NCBI GenBank assembly: GCA_036273515.1
Contig: DASUHM010000044.1
Span: 384-64,383 of the forward strand
DNA from: Gaiellales bacterium
Lineage (GTDB): Bacteria; Actinomycetota; Thermoleophilia; Gaiellales; JAICJC01
Length of the DNA: 64,000 bases
Direction of reading: 5' to 3'
This document shows positions 27,084 to 36,435 of this stretch, piece after piece (positions within the stretch are counted from its first letter, which is position 1; the number at the start of each line of letters is the position of its first letter). The translations under genes and the position numbers were made by a program. Below the pieces are notes generated by a model. The model worked only from the letters and a program-made list of their open reading frames with translations, was not told the DNA's origin and did not search any database.

Positions 27084-28705
27084 TGACCAGGCTTCAGGCT
27101 GTACACGAACACCACGCTCGGATAGGCCGGGTTGTCGACGTAGCCGCCGACCGACTTCTGCATCGCCCGCTCATACGTCTGCGTCCCCAGGAACAGCGAC
27201 GGCGAGTCCTTCAGAAGCGTCGTCTGGATCTGGCCGTAGAGGGTGATCGCCTGCGGGCGGTTGGTCGCCGACAGCGGCTCCACCTGGTCGATCTGCTTGT
27301 CGACCGTCGGGTTGTCGTAGTAGGCGAGGTTGAAGTACGGCGGGTTGGCCGAGTGGAACAGGTTGATGAACCACGAGTACGGATCCGGATAGTCGGGCCA
27401 CCAGTAGAACAGGAGGATGTCCTGGCGGCTGGCCGGGTTCGTCGACTTGGCCTTCGACCACTGCGTCGGCCAGGCCAGCGAGGCGACGTTCAGCTTGATG
27501 TTCAGCGGCGCGTACTCGGACTTGAGGAGCGCTGCCGCCGTCTGCTCGTACTGGTCGCCCTGGGTGTAGGTCAGGTTCAGCGTCATCGGCTTGCCGCCCG
27601 GCCCGTAGCCGGCCGACTGCAGCAGCTGCTTGGCCTTGGCCATGTTCGTCTGGTAGGCGGGCAGGTTCGGGTTGTAGCCCCAGAGGCCCTTCGGGATGAT
27701 CCCGATCGAGGGCGTGAACGCGCCCATCGCGGCCACGAGGCCCTTGTAGTCGGTGGCGTAGGCGAGCGCCTGCCGCACCTTGACGTTGGCCAGCGGGCCG
27801 TGCGACGTGTTCAGCATGCCGAACAGGTTCTGGTAGGAGCTGGCCGTGGTCGTGACGATGTTCGGGTCGCTCTTCAGCGAGTTCCACAGCTGCGGCGTCA
27901 TCTGCTCGGCCCATGTGATCTGGCCGTCGCGGACGAGCTGGGCCGTCGTGCTGGGCGTCGAGACGACCCGGAACACGACGTTGCGGTAGTGCGGGCCCGA
28001 CCAGCCGCCCCAGTAGCCGGGGAAGCTCTTCAGGCGCAGCTCGATCTCCTGGCCCTTGCTGTACTGGGCGACGGTGTACGGGCCGGTGCCCGCGTCGTGC
28101 CCCTGCGCGAACCACTTGGCGATCGGCGTCGAGCCGGAGGCCTTGGTGTCGTAGACGAACGCCGCGTAGCCGGCCGACGAGATGAGGTCGATCGGCGCCG
28201 GGTACTTGAGGTGGAAGACGACCGTCGTCGCGTTGGGCGCGGCGATCGACTTGACGGCGCCCCAGATGTAGGCGGCGCCCTGGTTCACGGTGATCGTGCG
28301 GTCGATCGACGCCTTCACGTCGGCGGCCGTCATGGGCTTGCCGTCGTGGAACTTCACGCCCTGGCGGATCGTGAACGTCCACGTCTTGGCGTCGGCGGAC
28401 TTCTTCCACGAGGTCGCGAGCAGCGGCTTGACCTGGCCCGTCTGGCTGTCGTAGCGGGTCAGCGTCTCGTACATGTTGTTCATCGCGATGATCTCGTTGG
28501 AGTAGTCGGTCGACGGATCCCAGCCGACCATCACCGGGGTGAACGCGCCGTAGGTGAACGTCGCGTTGACGGGGTTGCCGCCGGAGCTCGCGCCGGCCGG
28601 CTTCGACGTCGATCCGCAGGCGCTCGCGGCGAGCGCCACCACCGTCACGAAGGCCGTGACGGCCAGGCTCCATCGCAGGCGATGCGGGTGGTCAGCGGTG
28701 AACAC
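27080..28705 (-). CDS. ABC substrate-binding lipoprotein, family 5 (peptide/nickel/opine type)
   Basis: AAGGAGGA (28711-28718) precedes GTG 28705. Lipobox 'LAASAC'. 'ATSWKKSADAKTWTFTIRQGVKFHDGKPMTAADV' is the classic family-5 SBP signature region. Confidence 0.85.
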   Translation of the reverse strand: MFTADHPHRLRWSLAVTAFVTVVALAASACGSTSKPAGASSGGNPVNATFTYGAFTPVMVGWDPSTDYSNEIIAMNNMYETLTRYDSQTGQVKPLLATSWKKSADAKTWTFTIRQGVKFHDGKPMTAADVKASIDRTITVNQGAAYIWGAVKSIAAPNATTVVFHLKYPAPIDLISSAGYAAFVYDTKASGSTPIAKWFAQGHDAGTGPYTVAQYSKGQEIELRLKSFPGYWGGWSGPHYRNVVFRVVSTPSTTAQLVRDGQITWAEQMTPQLWNSLKSDPNIVTTTASSYQNLFGMLNTSHGPLANVKVRQALAYATDYKGLVAAMGAFTPSIGIIPKGLWGYNPNLPAYQTNMAKAKQLLQSAGYGPGGKPMTLNLTYTQGDQYEQTAAALLKSEYAPLNIKLNVASLAWPTQWSKAKSTNPASRQDILLFYWWPDYPDPYSWFINLFHSANPPYFNLAYYDNPTVDKQIDQVEPLSATNRPQAITLYGQIQTTLLKDSPSLFLGTQTYERAMQKSVGGYVDNPAYPSVVFVYSLKPGQ

Positions 28706-28716
28706 GATGATCCTCC

Positions 28717-30279
28717 TTAGTGGGCCCTCAGCCGTCCCGCCGCCTTGACGCGGACGCGGACGGCGGGCGTGGTCAGATATGCAAGAGGCAGCTCTTCGAG
28801 CGAGACGATCTCGACGCCGGCCGGATCCGCGCCGGCCCGCACCGCCTCGTCGTGTGCGGTCTGGCGGGCCTCGTCGAGCATCGCCGTGCGCCCGCCCGGC
28901 CCCTGGTGGTAGATGCGGTCGACCTGGCCGGACACCGAGGCGATGGCGGCGCCGATGGCGTTTGCGACGTCGTGGCTCTGCGGCCGCACGACCTCGCTGA
29001 TCCCGGGCAGGCGGTCGGGCACGAGCGCGCTGCCGCCGCCGACCACCACCAGCGGCGCCTCGCCGCGGGCGGTCTTGATCCGGTCGATGGCGTCGGCCAG
29101 CATCTCGTCGGAGCGGTGCATGGCCCGTTCCAGCTCGCCCCGCCGCGCGGCGGCCGGGCCCGGGTCTCCCAGCTCGAGGCGCCCGCACGCGACGGCTGCG
29201 TCGGTCAGCGTGGCGGTGCCGCCCCCGAACACGAGCGCCTGCTCGCGGAGGCGGTAGCCGACGCTGGCCGGCCCGACGCGCGGCACCGGCTCGGCGTCCT
29301 CGACGATGCTGCCGCCGCCGAGCGCGATCGCGACCAGGTCGGGCATGCGGAAGTTGGTGCGCACCCCGCCGACGTCGACGGCGGTGCTCGACTCGCGCGG
29401 GAAGCCGTTCACGAGCACGCCGACGTCGGTCGACGTGCCCCCGACGTCCGCGACGAGCGTGTCGGACGCCCCGGTCAGGTAGGCGGCGCCGCGGATGCTG
29501 TTGGCGGGACCGCTGCCGATCGTCAGCACCGGGTGGCGGACGGCGTAGTCGAGCGCCATCAGCGTGCCGTCGTTCTGCGCGAAGAAGATCACGGGCTCGA
29601 GGTCGTGCGCCGCGAGGGCCGACTCGAGCGCGATCGCGACGCCGCTCGCCACCGAGCGGAGCGCCGCGTTCATGACCGTGGCGTTCTCGCGCTCGAGCAG
29701 GCCGATCGAGCCGATCTCGTGGCTGAGCGACACCGGCAGGTCGCCCAGCTCCTCGCGGACGATCTCTGCGGCGGCCGCCTCGTGCGCGTCCGAGACCGAC
29801 GCGAACACGCTCGTCACCGCGACCGCCTCGGCCTGGCCGGCGACCTCCGCCAGGAACGCGCGCAGCTCGTCCCCGCCGAGCGGGACGATCTCGCGGCCGT
29901 CGAACTCGATCCCGCCGGGGACGATCGCCTCGCCGACGGAGACTGCGTCACGCAGATCCGCGGGCCAGTCGTAGAGCGGCGGGATCGACGTGGTCGACGG
30001 CGATCCGATCCGCACCACCGCCACCCGCTCCAGGCGCGATCGCTCGAGCACCGCGTTGGTGGCATGCGTCGTCCCGAGCATGACGTGGCCGATCCGGACC
30101 GGGTCGACGGTCGGTTCGGCGAGGACGGCGTTCAGGGCGGCGGTGATGCCGCCGGTGACGTCGGGGGTCGTCGGCCGCTTGGCCTTCGCCACCAGCGCGC
30201 CCTGCCGGTCGAGCACCGCCGCGTCGGTGTTCGTGCCGCCGACGTCGATCCCCAGGCGCAGGTCGGGCCCGCCGCTCAC
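28717..30279 (-). CDS. hydantoinase/oxoprolinase-family protein (HyuA-like ASKHA fold, 520-aa type that pairs with DUF917)
   Basis: 'LRLGIDVGGTNTDAAVLD' phosphate-1 motif, with a second ASKHA motif 'VADVGGTSTDVGV'. The GTG start overlaps the DUF917 stop (GTGA). Confidence 0.8.
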   Translation of the reverse strand: MSGGPDLRLGIDVGGTNTDAAVLDRQGALVAKAKRPTTPDVTGGITAALNAVLAEPTVDPVRIGHVMLGTTHATNAVLERSRLERVAVVRIGSPSTTSIPPLYDWPADLRDAVSVGEAIVPGGIEFDGREIVPLGGDELRAFLAEVAGQAEAVAVTSVFASVSDAHEAAAAEIVREELGDLPVSLSHEIGSIGLLERENATVMNAALRSVASGVAIALESALAAHDLEPVIFFAQNDGTLMALDYAVRHPVLTIGSGPANSIRGAAYLTGASDTLVADVGGTSTDVGVLVNGFPRESSTAVDVGGVRTNFRMPDLVAIALGGGSIVEDAEPVPRVGPASVGYRLREQALVFGGGTATLTDAAVACGRLELGDPGPAAARRGELERAMHRSDEMLADAIDRIKTARGEAPLVVVGGGSALVPDRLPGISEVVRPQSHDVANAIGAAIASVSGQVDRIYHQGPGGRTAMLDEARQTAHDEAVRAGADPAGVEIVSLEELPLAYLTTPAVRVRVKAAGRLRAH

Positions 30280-31310
30280 GCCGCCAGATCCTCGATCGGG
30301 ATGTAGTCGAAGTCGTATCCGAAGGAGCGCGGGCCGGCCAGCGCAAGCCCCCGCGGGCTGCGCCAGATCGGGTCGCAGGGGAACGCGACCACGGCGACCC
30401 GCTGTCCGTAGCGGAGGCGCTCGGTGTGGATGGCCTCCGCCGTCTCGCTGTCGAGCACGGTGATGATGTCGGGCACGGAGGCCAGCACCCGATCGCCGTC
30501 CAGCGCGACGAGGTTCTCGTTCTGGATCTCGAGCACGACGGTGCGGCCGCGGTGCTCTCCGAGGCCGCCGACCTCCACCCGGCCGCGGACGAACCCGCCC
30601 GTGACGCGGCGCTCGACGTCGGTCAGCTTGCCGGTGACGAGGACGCGCGCCCCGACGGTCGCGCGCAGGGCGTCGAGCGGCTCGTCGGCCGCGGCCATCG
30701 CCTCGCCGATGCGGATCGCCAGGGTCACCGAGTCACGCACGGTGGCGGTGCGCGCCTCCGCCGCCGTCAGGGAGTACTCGGTGCCCGACGCGCGTCCGCC
30801 GAACTCGACCGAGAGGGTGCGCTCGATCCGCTCCATCCAGGCGCCGTCGGCGGCGGTGATGGCCAGCCGGTTGCCGCGCTCGTCGGCCAGCACCGCCGGC
30901 GAGGCGCTGATCCCGGCGATCTCCATCGTCACCTGGGGGATCTCGGGGAAGGCCCGGCCCATCCCGTCGGCGTCGACGACCGGCAGACCGATGTGGGCGG
31001 CCCAGTTGATCGGCTGCATCCCGTTGGCGCCGCCGATCTCGCCCGCCATCAGGGCGGCGACCCGTCCCCCGCGCGCCTGCTCGAGCCCGTCGCGGAGCCA
31101 GCCGCCCTCCTCGCCGGTGCCGAGCTTCTCGATCGAGACGACCGGCGCCCCGATGCCGCCGCAGGGCATGATCAGGGCGTCGTCGGGCAGGTTGTCGACG
31201 TCGACGAGCCCGACCGGCCCGAATCGCTCGATCGCGTGGCGGGCCGCCAGCAGGCTGGTGTAGGTGTCGCCGCCGCCGCCGGCCCCCAGCACGGAACAGC
31301 CCCGGGCCAT
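30276..31310 (-). CDS. DUF917-family protein
   Basis: 'LGAGGGGDTY' and 'VVDADGMGRAFPE' are DUF917 hallmarks as I recall them. The family-like sequence 'ITRIDVEHLAP' continues in-frame upstream of ATG 31310, so the true start is probably a non-ATG/GTG codon near 31355. Confidence 0.75.
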   Translation of the reverse strand: MARGCSVLGAGGGGDTYTSLLAARHAIERFGPVGLVDVDNLPDDALIMPCGGIGAPVVSIEKLGTGEEGGWLRDGLEQARGGRVAALMAGEIGGANGMQPINWAAHIGLPVVDADGMGRAFPEIPQVTMEIAGISASPAVLADERGNRLAITAADGAWMERIERTLSVEFGGRASGTEYSLTAAEARTATVRDSVTLAIRIGEAMAAADEPLDALRATVGARVLVTGKLTDVERRVTGGFVRGRVEVGGLGEHRGRTVVLEIQNENLVALDGDRVLASVPDIITVLDSETAEAIHTERLRYGQRVAVVAFPCDPIWRSPRGLALAGPRSFGYDFDYIPIEDLAA

Positions 31311-31351
31311 CGGGGCGAGATGTTCGACGTCGATGCGGGTGATGCGCCCGC

Positions 31352-33085
31352 TCAGGGCTCGCCCTCGACTGCGTGCGGGAAGTGGCGGCTGACGTACGCC
31401 TCGGACAGGTAGCCGTCGCGCAGGTCACGGCGCACCGCCTCCGGGTCGCGCTCGGAAGGGGGGCCGTACCCGCCTCCACCGCCGGTGTGGAGATGGACGG
31501 TCGCCCCCTTCGGCACCTTCAGCCGGGTGACCTTCGAGTAGCGGGTGCGCGTCCCGTCGGGGAGCTCCACCTCGACCGAGTTGGGACGGGCCTCGCCGCC
31601 CCCCTCGAGTCCCCACGGGGCGTTCTTCGTGCGCTCGACCGCCGAGGTCAGCCAGGCGTCCTCGAGCATGTGGAACGAGAGGTCGAGCCCGAGGCCGCCG
31701 CGCTCGCGGCCCGGCCCGCACGAGTCCTGGGCGAGCTCGACCCGCTCCAGGAGCCAGGGGTTCTTCGCCTCCCACACCTCGATCGGCGTGCACCGGGTCG
31801 AGGCCTCGGACACGTGCATCAGGCTGCTGGCGCCGTCTCCGTGCATCGAGGCGCCCTGGCCGATCGGGTGCGGCGCGCCGTCCGTCCACGGCTCGCCCGT
31901 CCCCTCGCGCGTGCCCCACCAGACGAGCGCGCAGATGTCGCCGCCGCTGCACGCCGGGACGGCCGTCGGCAGCGCCTGGCCCACCGCCTGGTAGATCGCC
32001 TCGATCGACTGGTCGCCGATCCAGCCGTACAGGAAGCAGGGTGCGGGATGCAGCGGATGGAACACCGTTCCGGGGCGGGTGACGATCTCGATCGGGCGGA
32101 AGTGGCCCTCGTTGGGCGCGGTGCCGCCGCCGGCCAGCATCGAGATTGCGATGCGGCTCGCCGACACCGTCGAGGGCAGCGGGCAGTTGATCGGCCCCTC
32201 CTGCTGCGGCGGGCCGTCCGAGAAGTCCAGGCGCACGCCCTCGGGCGAGATGTCGACCGTCACCTGGAACGGCACCGGGTCGTCGGTGACGCCGTTCGAG
32301 TCCATCTCGCCCCGGCCGATGTAGCGCCCTTGCGGCAGTCGCGCGAACCACTCCTTGACCAGCGCCTCGCCGTGGTCGTACATGGCCGCCACCGCCTCGT
32401 CGAAGCGCTCGAGCCCGTACCGCTCGACGACCCGCACGAGACCCGCGGCGCCGGTGCGGACGCCGACCACGGTGGCGTTGATGTCGCCCGCCACCATCTT
32501 CGGCACGCGCGAGTTGGCGGTGGCGAAGCGGAAGATGTCCGAGACCAGGCGGCCGCGCGAGAAGAGCTTGACGCCGGGGAAGATGGTGCCTTCCTGGAAG
32601 ACGTCGACCGTATCGGTCGAGTAGGGCTCCTTCCCGCCGATGTCGAGCCAGTGGGCCTTGATCGCGGCGTACCCGACCAGGTCGCCCGCCGGCAGGAAGA
32701 CCGGCATCACCATGGCCGCGTCCTGCGGGTGCGAGCCGGTGCCGAACGGGTCGTTGTAGAGGATGATGTCGCCCGGCTCGAGCGCCTGCTCGCCGCCCAC
32801 GGCGTCGATCGCGCCGCGCACGCAGAAGCTCATCGTGCCCATGAAGACCGGCAGCGTCGGTGCCTGCGCGAGCAGGCAGATGTCGCGGTCGTAGAGCGCC
32901 GCGGCGAAGTCGAGCACCTCGTAGATGACCGGCGAGAACGACGTGCGGACGAGCGCGCGCTTCATCTGGTCGGCCGCCGCGTTCAGGCCCTGGCGGACGA
33001 TCTCGGTCGTGATCGGATCGGCGTCGGCGGTGCCGCTCGTGCGCCCTGCGCCCGCCCGCGAGATGACGGTGTCTGCGGCGCTCAT
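31352..33085 (-). CDS. hyuB: hydantoinase B / oxoprolinase subunit (HyuB family)
   Basis: 'DPITTEIVRQGLNAAADQMKRALVRTSFSPVIYEVLDFAAALYD' is the canonical HyuB N-terminus. ATGA overlap with the hyuA stop. Confidence 0.9.
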   Translation of the reverse strand: MSAADTVISRAGAGRTSGTADADPITTEIVRQGLNAAADQMKRALVRTSFSPVIYEVLDFAAALYDRDICLLAQAPTLPVFMGTMSFCVRGAIDAVGGEQALEPGDIILYNDPFGTGSHPQDAAMVMPVFLPAGDLVGYAAIKAHWLDIGGKEPYSTDTVDVFQEGTIFPGVKLFSRGRLVSDIFRFATANSRVPKMVAGDINATVVGVRTGAAGLVRVVERYGLERFDEAVAAMYDHGEALVKEWFARLPQGRYIGRGEMDSNGVTDDPVPFQVTVDISPEGVRLDFSDGPPQQEGPINCPLPSTVSASRIAISMLAGGGTAPNEGHFRPIEIVTRPGTVFHPLHPAPCFLYGWIGDQSIEAIYQAVGQALPTAVPACSGGDICALVWWGTREGTGEPWTDGAPHPIGQGASMHGDGASSLMHVSEASTRCTPIEVWEAKNPWLLERVELAQDSCGPGRERGGLGLDLSFHMLEDAWLTSAVERTKNAPWGLEGGGEARPNSVEVELPDGTRTRYSKVTRLKVPKGATVHLHTGGGGGYGPPSERDPEAVRRDLRDGYLSEAYVSRHFPHAVEGEP

Positions 33086-35127
33086 GCGTCACCGCCCCGG
33101 TCGATCATGAGCGCGCCGCTTCGGTGCACCGTCGCCCTGAAGCCGCGATCGACGTAGGTGGTCGTCGTCTGCTCGCGCACGATCGCGGGCCCGTCGACCG
33201 TCGCGCCGGGCGCGAGGTGGGAGCGGTCGATCACGGCGAACGCGACCAGCTCGCCGCCGGTGAACGACCACGCCTGCACCGTCTCGTTCGCGGCGGCGCC
33301 GTCGCCGTTTCTCGAGGCCACCGAGGGCGGCACCGGGCTGTACTCGAGCGGCGTGGTCGCAAGCGCGCGCACGCACACGATCTCGAGCTCCTCGTCGAGG
33401 ATGGAGCCGAACGTCCGCTCGTACTCGTCCAGAAAGCGCTCGGCCACCGGCTCGGGGTCGCCCTCGACGGCGCCTCCGGGCGCCGGCACCGGGACGGTCA
33501 GCGTGTGCTCTTGCCCGACGAACCGGATGTCCATGTGCACCTCCCGCACGCTCCGCCCGGGCTCGCCCGAGCCGCGCGCGTCGAGCTCTCCGAACAGCTG
33601 CTCCGCGATGGCGCCGGCCTCGGTCAGCCCGTCGGCCGAAAGCCGGGTGACGCGCGTGCGCGAGACGCTGCGGGCGAGGTCGGCGCCGAGCAGGCCGACC
33701 GCCGAGAAGTTGCCGGCGTACGGGGGGACGACGACCGTGCTGACGCCGAGCTCGTCGGCCAGCACGGTGCCGAAGAGCGGCCCGGCGCCGCCGAAGGCGA
33801 CGAGCGTCGCCTCCCGCGGGTCGCGGCCGCGCTCGATGGTGACGCTGCGGATCGCGTCGGCCATCTGCGCGGCGACGATGCGGATCACGCCGCAGGCGAC
33901 CTCGGTGACCGAGCCGAGCCCGAGCGGCTCGGCCAGGCGGCCGAGCGCGCGCTCGGCCAGCTCGAGCACGAGCGGCACGTCGCCCGCGATCTGGGCGGCC
34001 GGGATCATCCCCAGCGCCAGCGCCGCGTCGGTCACCGTCGCGTGCTCGCCGCCACGGTCGTAGCAGGCCGGTCCCGGGTCGGCGCCCGCGCTCTGCGGAC
34101 CGACGCGGAGCAGGCCGCCGGAGTCGACGTAGGCGATCGAGCCGCCACCGGCGCCGATCGAGCGGACGTCGATCCACGGCGTCTGGATGGGAAGGCCGAC
34201 GACCTCGCCCTGGTACAGCACCGGCGGGCGGCCGTCGTCGATCAGGCAGGTGTCGAAGCTGGTGCCGCCGACATCGGCGGCGATCGCATGGCGCAGGTCG
34301 AGCTCGCGCGCCAGGTCGGCGACGGCCCGCGCGCCGGCGACCGGGCCGGAGAGGATCGTCTCGAACGGCCGCCCGGACGCCTCGCCGAACGTCATCGCGC
34401 CGCCGCCCGAGCGCATGATCATGCATCCGCCCGTGAATCCCTTGCCGCCCAGGCCGCCCTCGACGCGGCCGAGGTAGTCGCCGAGGCGGCGGCGGACGAA
34501 GGCGTCGATCACCGTCGTGCAGGTGCGCTCGTACTCGCGGTACTCGCCCGACACCTGGTGCGACAGCGAGATGTCGCCGGCGAAGCCCGCATCGCGCAGC
34601 AGCCGCTCGGCCTCGAGCTCGTGCGCCGGGTTGGCGTACGCGTTCATGAAGGCGATCGCCACCGCATCCACCCCGTGCTCGATGAAGCGGGCGGCGGCCG
34701 CGGTCACGTCGGCCGGATCGAGCGCGACATGCTCCGCGCCGTCCGCGCGGATGCGCCCGCGGACGGGGATCCGCAGGTGGCGCTCGACCATGGGCGGCGG
34801 TGCCCGCCAGAACAGGTCGTACGGATCGCCGCGGTCTCCCCGGCGTACCTCGAGGACGTCGCGAAAGCCGCTCGTGCACAAGAGGCCCACCAGCGCCCCG
34901 CGGCTCTCGAGAAGCGCGTTCAACCCGACGGTCGTTCCGTGCAGGAAGTACTCCGAGGCGGCCACGTCGCCCGTCGCCAGCACCGAGTCGAGCACGCCCA
35001 GCACGCCCTCGTCGGGCGCGTCGGGGACGGTGGGCACCTTGCCGATCACGATCCGCCCGGTGCCCTCGTCGCTGAGCACGAGATCGGTGAACGTGCCGCC
35101 GACGTCGACTGCGATCCTGTTTGGCAT
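33082..35127 (-). CDS. hyuA: hydantoinase A / oxoprolinase subunit (HyuA family)
   Basis: Start ATG 35127 ('MPNRIAVDVGGTFTDLVL'). The internal 'AADVGGTSFDTCLI' is the second ASKHA motif. Confidence 0.9.
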   Translation of the reverse strand: MPNRIAVDVGGTFTDLVLSDEGTGRIVIGKVPTVPDAPDEGVLGVLDSVLATGDVAASEYFLHGTTVGLNALLESRGALVGLLCTSGFRDVLEVRRGDRGDPYDLFWRAPPPMVERHLRIPVRGRIRADGAEHVALDPADVTAAAARFIEHGVDAVAIAFMNAYANPAHELEAERLLRDAGFAGDISLSHQVSGEYREYERTCTTVIDAFVRRRLGDYLGRVEGGLGGKGFTGGCMIMRSGGGAMTFGEASGRPFETILSGPVAGARAVADLARELDLRHAIAADVGGTSFDTCLIDDGRPPVLYQGEVVGLPIQTPWIDVRSIGAGGGSIAYVDSGGLLRVGPQSAGADPGPACYDRGGEHATVTDAALALGMIPAAQIAGDVPLVLELAERALGRLAEPLGLGSVTEVACGVIRIVAAQMADAIRSVTIERGRDPREATLVAFGGAGPLFGTVLADELGVSTVVVPPYAGNFSAVGLLGADLARSVSRTRVTRLSADGLTEAGAIAEQLFGELDARGSGEPGRSVREVHMDIRFVGQEHTLTVPVPAPGGAVEGDPEPVAERFLDEYERTFGSILDEELEIVCVRALATTPLEYSPVPPSVASRNGDGAAANETVQAWSFTGGELVAFAVIDRSHLAPGATVDGPAIVREQTTTTYVDRGFRATVHRSGALMIDRGGDA

Positions 35128-35214
35128 GCCGCCACTCTGACGCGCCGCCATGGCCGCGGTCAATGTGCCGCGAGACCAACATGCGGCGAGTTGTTGTGTC
35201 CCTGACATGATGGC

Positions 35215-36435
35215 GTGGTGCGACTCGACGACGTGCTGCGCAAGGATCCGCGCCTCGACCTGACCCTGGTCGCCGGCCCCTGGGACGCGCGCACGGTCGA
35301 GGGCGTCAGCCTGGCCGATGAGACGACACGGGTCGCACGCGCGCGCCGCGGGGAGGTCGTGGTGCTCACCCGGCGGGCCTCGCGCAGCGCCTCAGGACGC
35401 GGGCTGACCGAGCTGCTCACCGTCGCCGGCGAGCGCGAGGTGGCGGCGCTCGCGCTGTACGGGCGGGCGACGACATCGCAGGCCGTCATCGCCACGGCGA
35501 GCGGCGCCCGCGTCGCCCTGCTCGCGATCGGGCTCGGCGAGGATCCGGCCGCGCTCGTGGCCACGCTCGAGGAGGTGCTCCGCGCCGACGCCGATGCCGT
35601 GCTGCTGCGGCTGGCGGCCGCGGCGACCGCGATCGAGCATGCGGAGCCGGAAGGCGCCGAGGCGATCCTGATCGCGGCGTCGGCGGCGCTCGACGCGCAG
35701 GTGAGCGTCCGCAACGGCGTCGTGGTCGCGGACCGGCAGGATACGGCGACTCGCATCGGCTGCCGGCTCGTCGCCGACGCCCTCGCGCGCGCCGGCGCCC
35801 AGGCCGAGCCGCCGGCCGTGGGGTCGGTGGTCGTCGTCCTCGAGCCCCTCGGGCGCGACGGCGGCGACCTCGTCATGCTGGAGGCGCTGCGGGCCGCCCG
35901 CGCCGCCGGATGGCACGCCGCCCGCGAGGGCGCGTCGGTGCGCCTGCGGGGCAACGGCGACGGCGCCCGGGTGGCGGCCGCGGTGATCGACCGGCTGCCG
36001 GTGCGGGTCGTCTGCGGCGTCGGCCGTGATGCCGGCGAGGCCCGGACGGCACTCGCGCGGGCGCGCGCGAGCGGCGCGTGGGACGTTCCCTTCCCCTTCG
36101 ACGCCGCGGATCCCGACGGACTCGTACGGGAGCTCGCCGGCTCGCCGGCGGGCCAGGCATCGGCGGCGGGCCTGCTGGCGCCGCTCGCGAAGCTCGGCGA
36201 GGCCAAGGCTGCAACCGCGATCGAGACCCTCCGGGTCTACCTCGACTGCTGGGGCTCGCTCTCGCGCAGCGGCGCCATCCTCCACCTGCACCCGAACGCC
36301 GTCGCGCACCGGATGAGGCGGATCCGCGCCCTGCTCCCGGCCGACCTCGACGACCCCGACCAGCGGCTGGCGCTGCAGATCGCCTGCCGGGCGTGGAGCG
36401 GCGGTCAGGCCACGGGCCCGGCGGACGCGCCGTAG
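35215..36435 (+). CDS. PucR/CdaR-family transcriptional regulator
   Basis: C-terminal PucR-type HTH 'TLRVYLDCWGSLSRSGAILHLHPNAVAHRMRRIRALL'. Divergent from hyuA across an 87-bp intergenic region. Confidence 0.8.
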   Translation: MVRLDDVLRKDPRLDLTLVAGPWDARTVEGVSLADETTRVARARRGEVVVLTRRASRSASGRGLTELLTVAGEREVAALALYGRATTSQAVIATASGARVALLAIGLGEDPAALVATLEEVLRADADAVLLRLAAAATAIEHAEPEGAEAILIAASAALDAQVSVRNGVVVADRQDTATRIGCRLVADALARAGAQAEPPAVGSVVVVLEPLGRDGGDLVMLEALRAARAAGWHAAREGASVRLRGNGDGARVAAAVIDRLPVRVVCGVGRDAGEARTALARARASGAWDVPFPFDAADPDGLVRELAGSPAGQASAAGLLAPLAKLGEAKAATAIETLRVYLDCWGSLSRSGAILHLHPNAVAHRMRRIRALLPADLDDPDQRLALQIACRAWSGGQATGPADAP

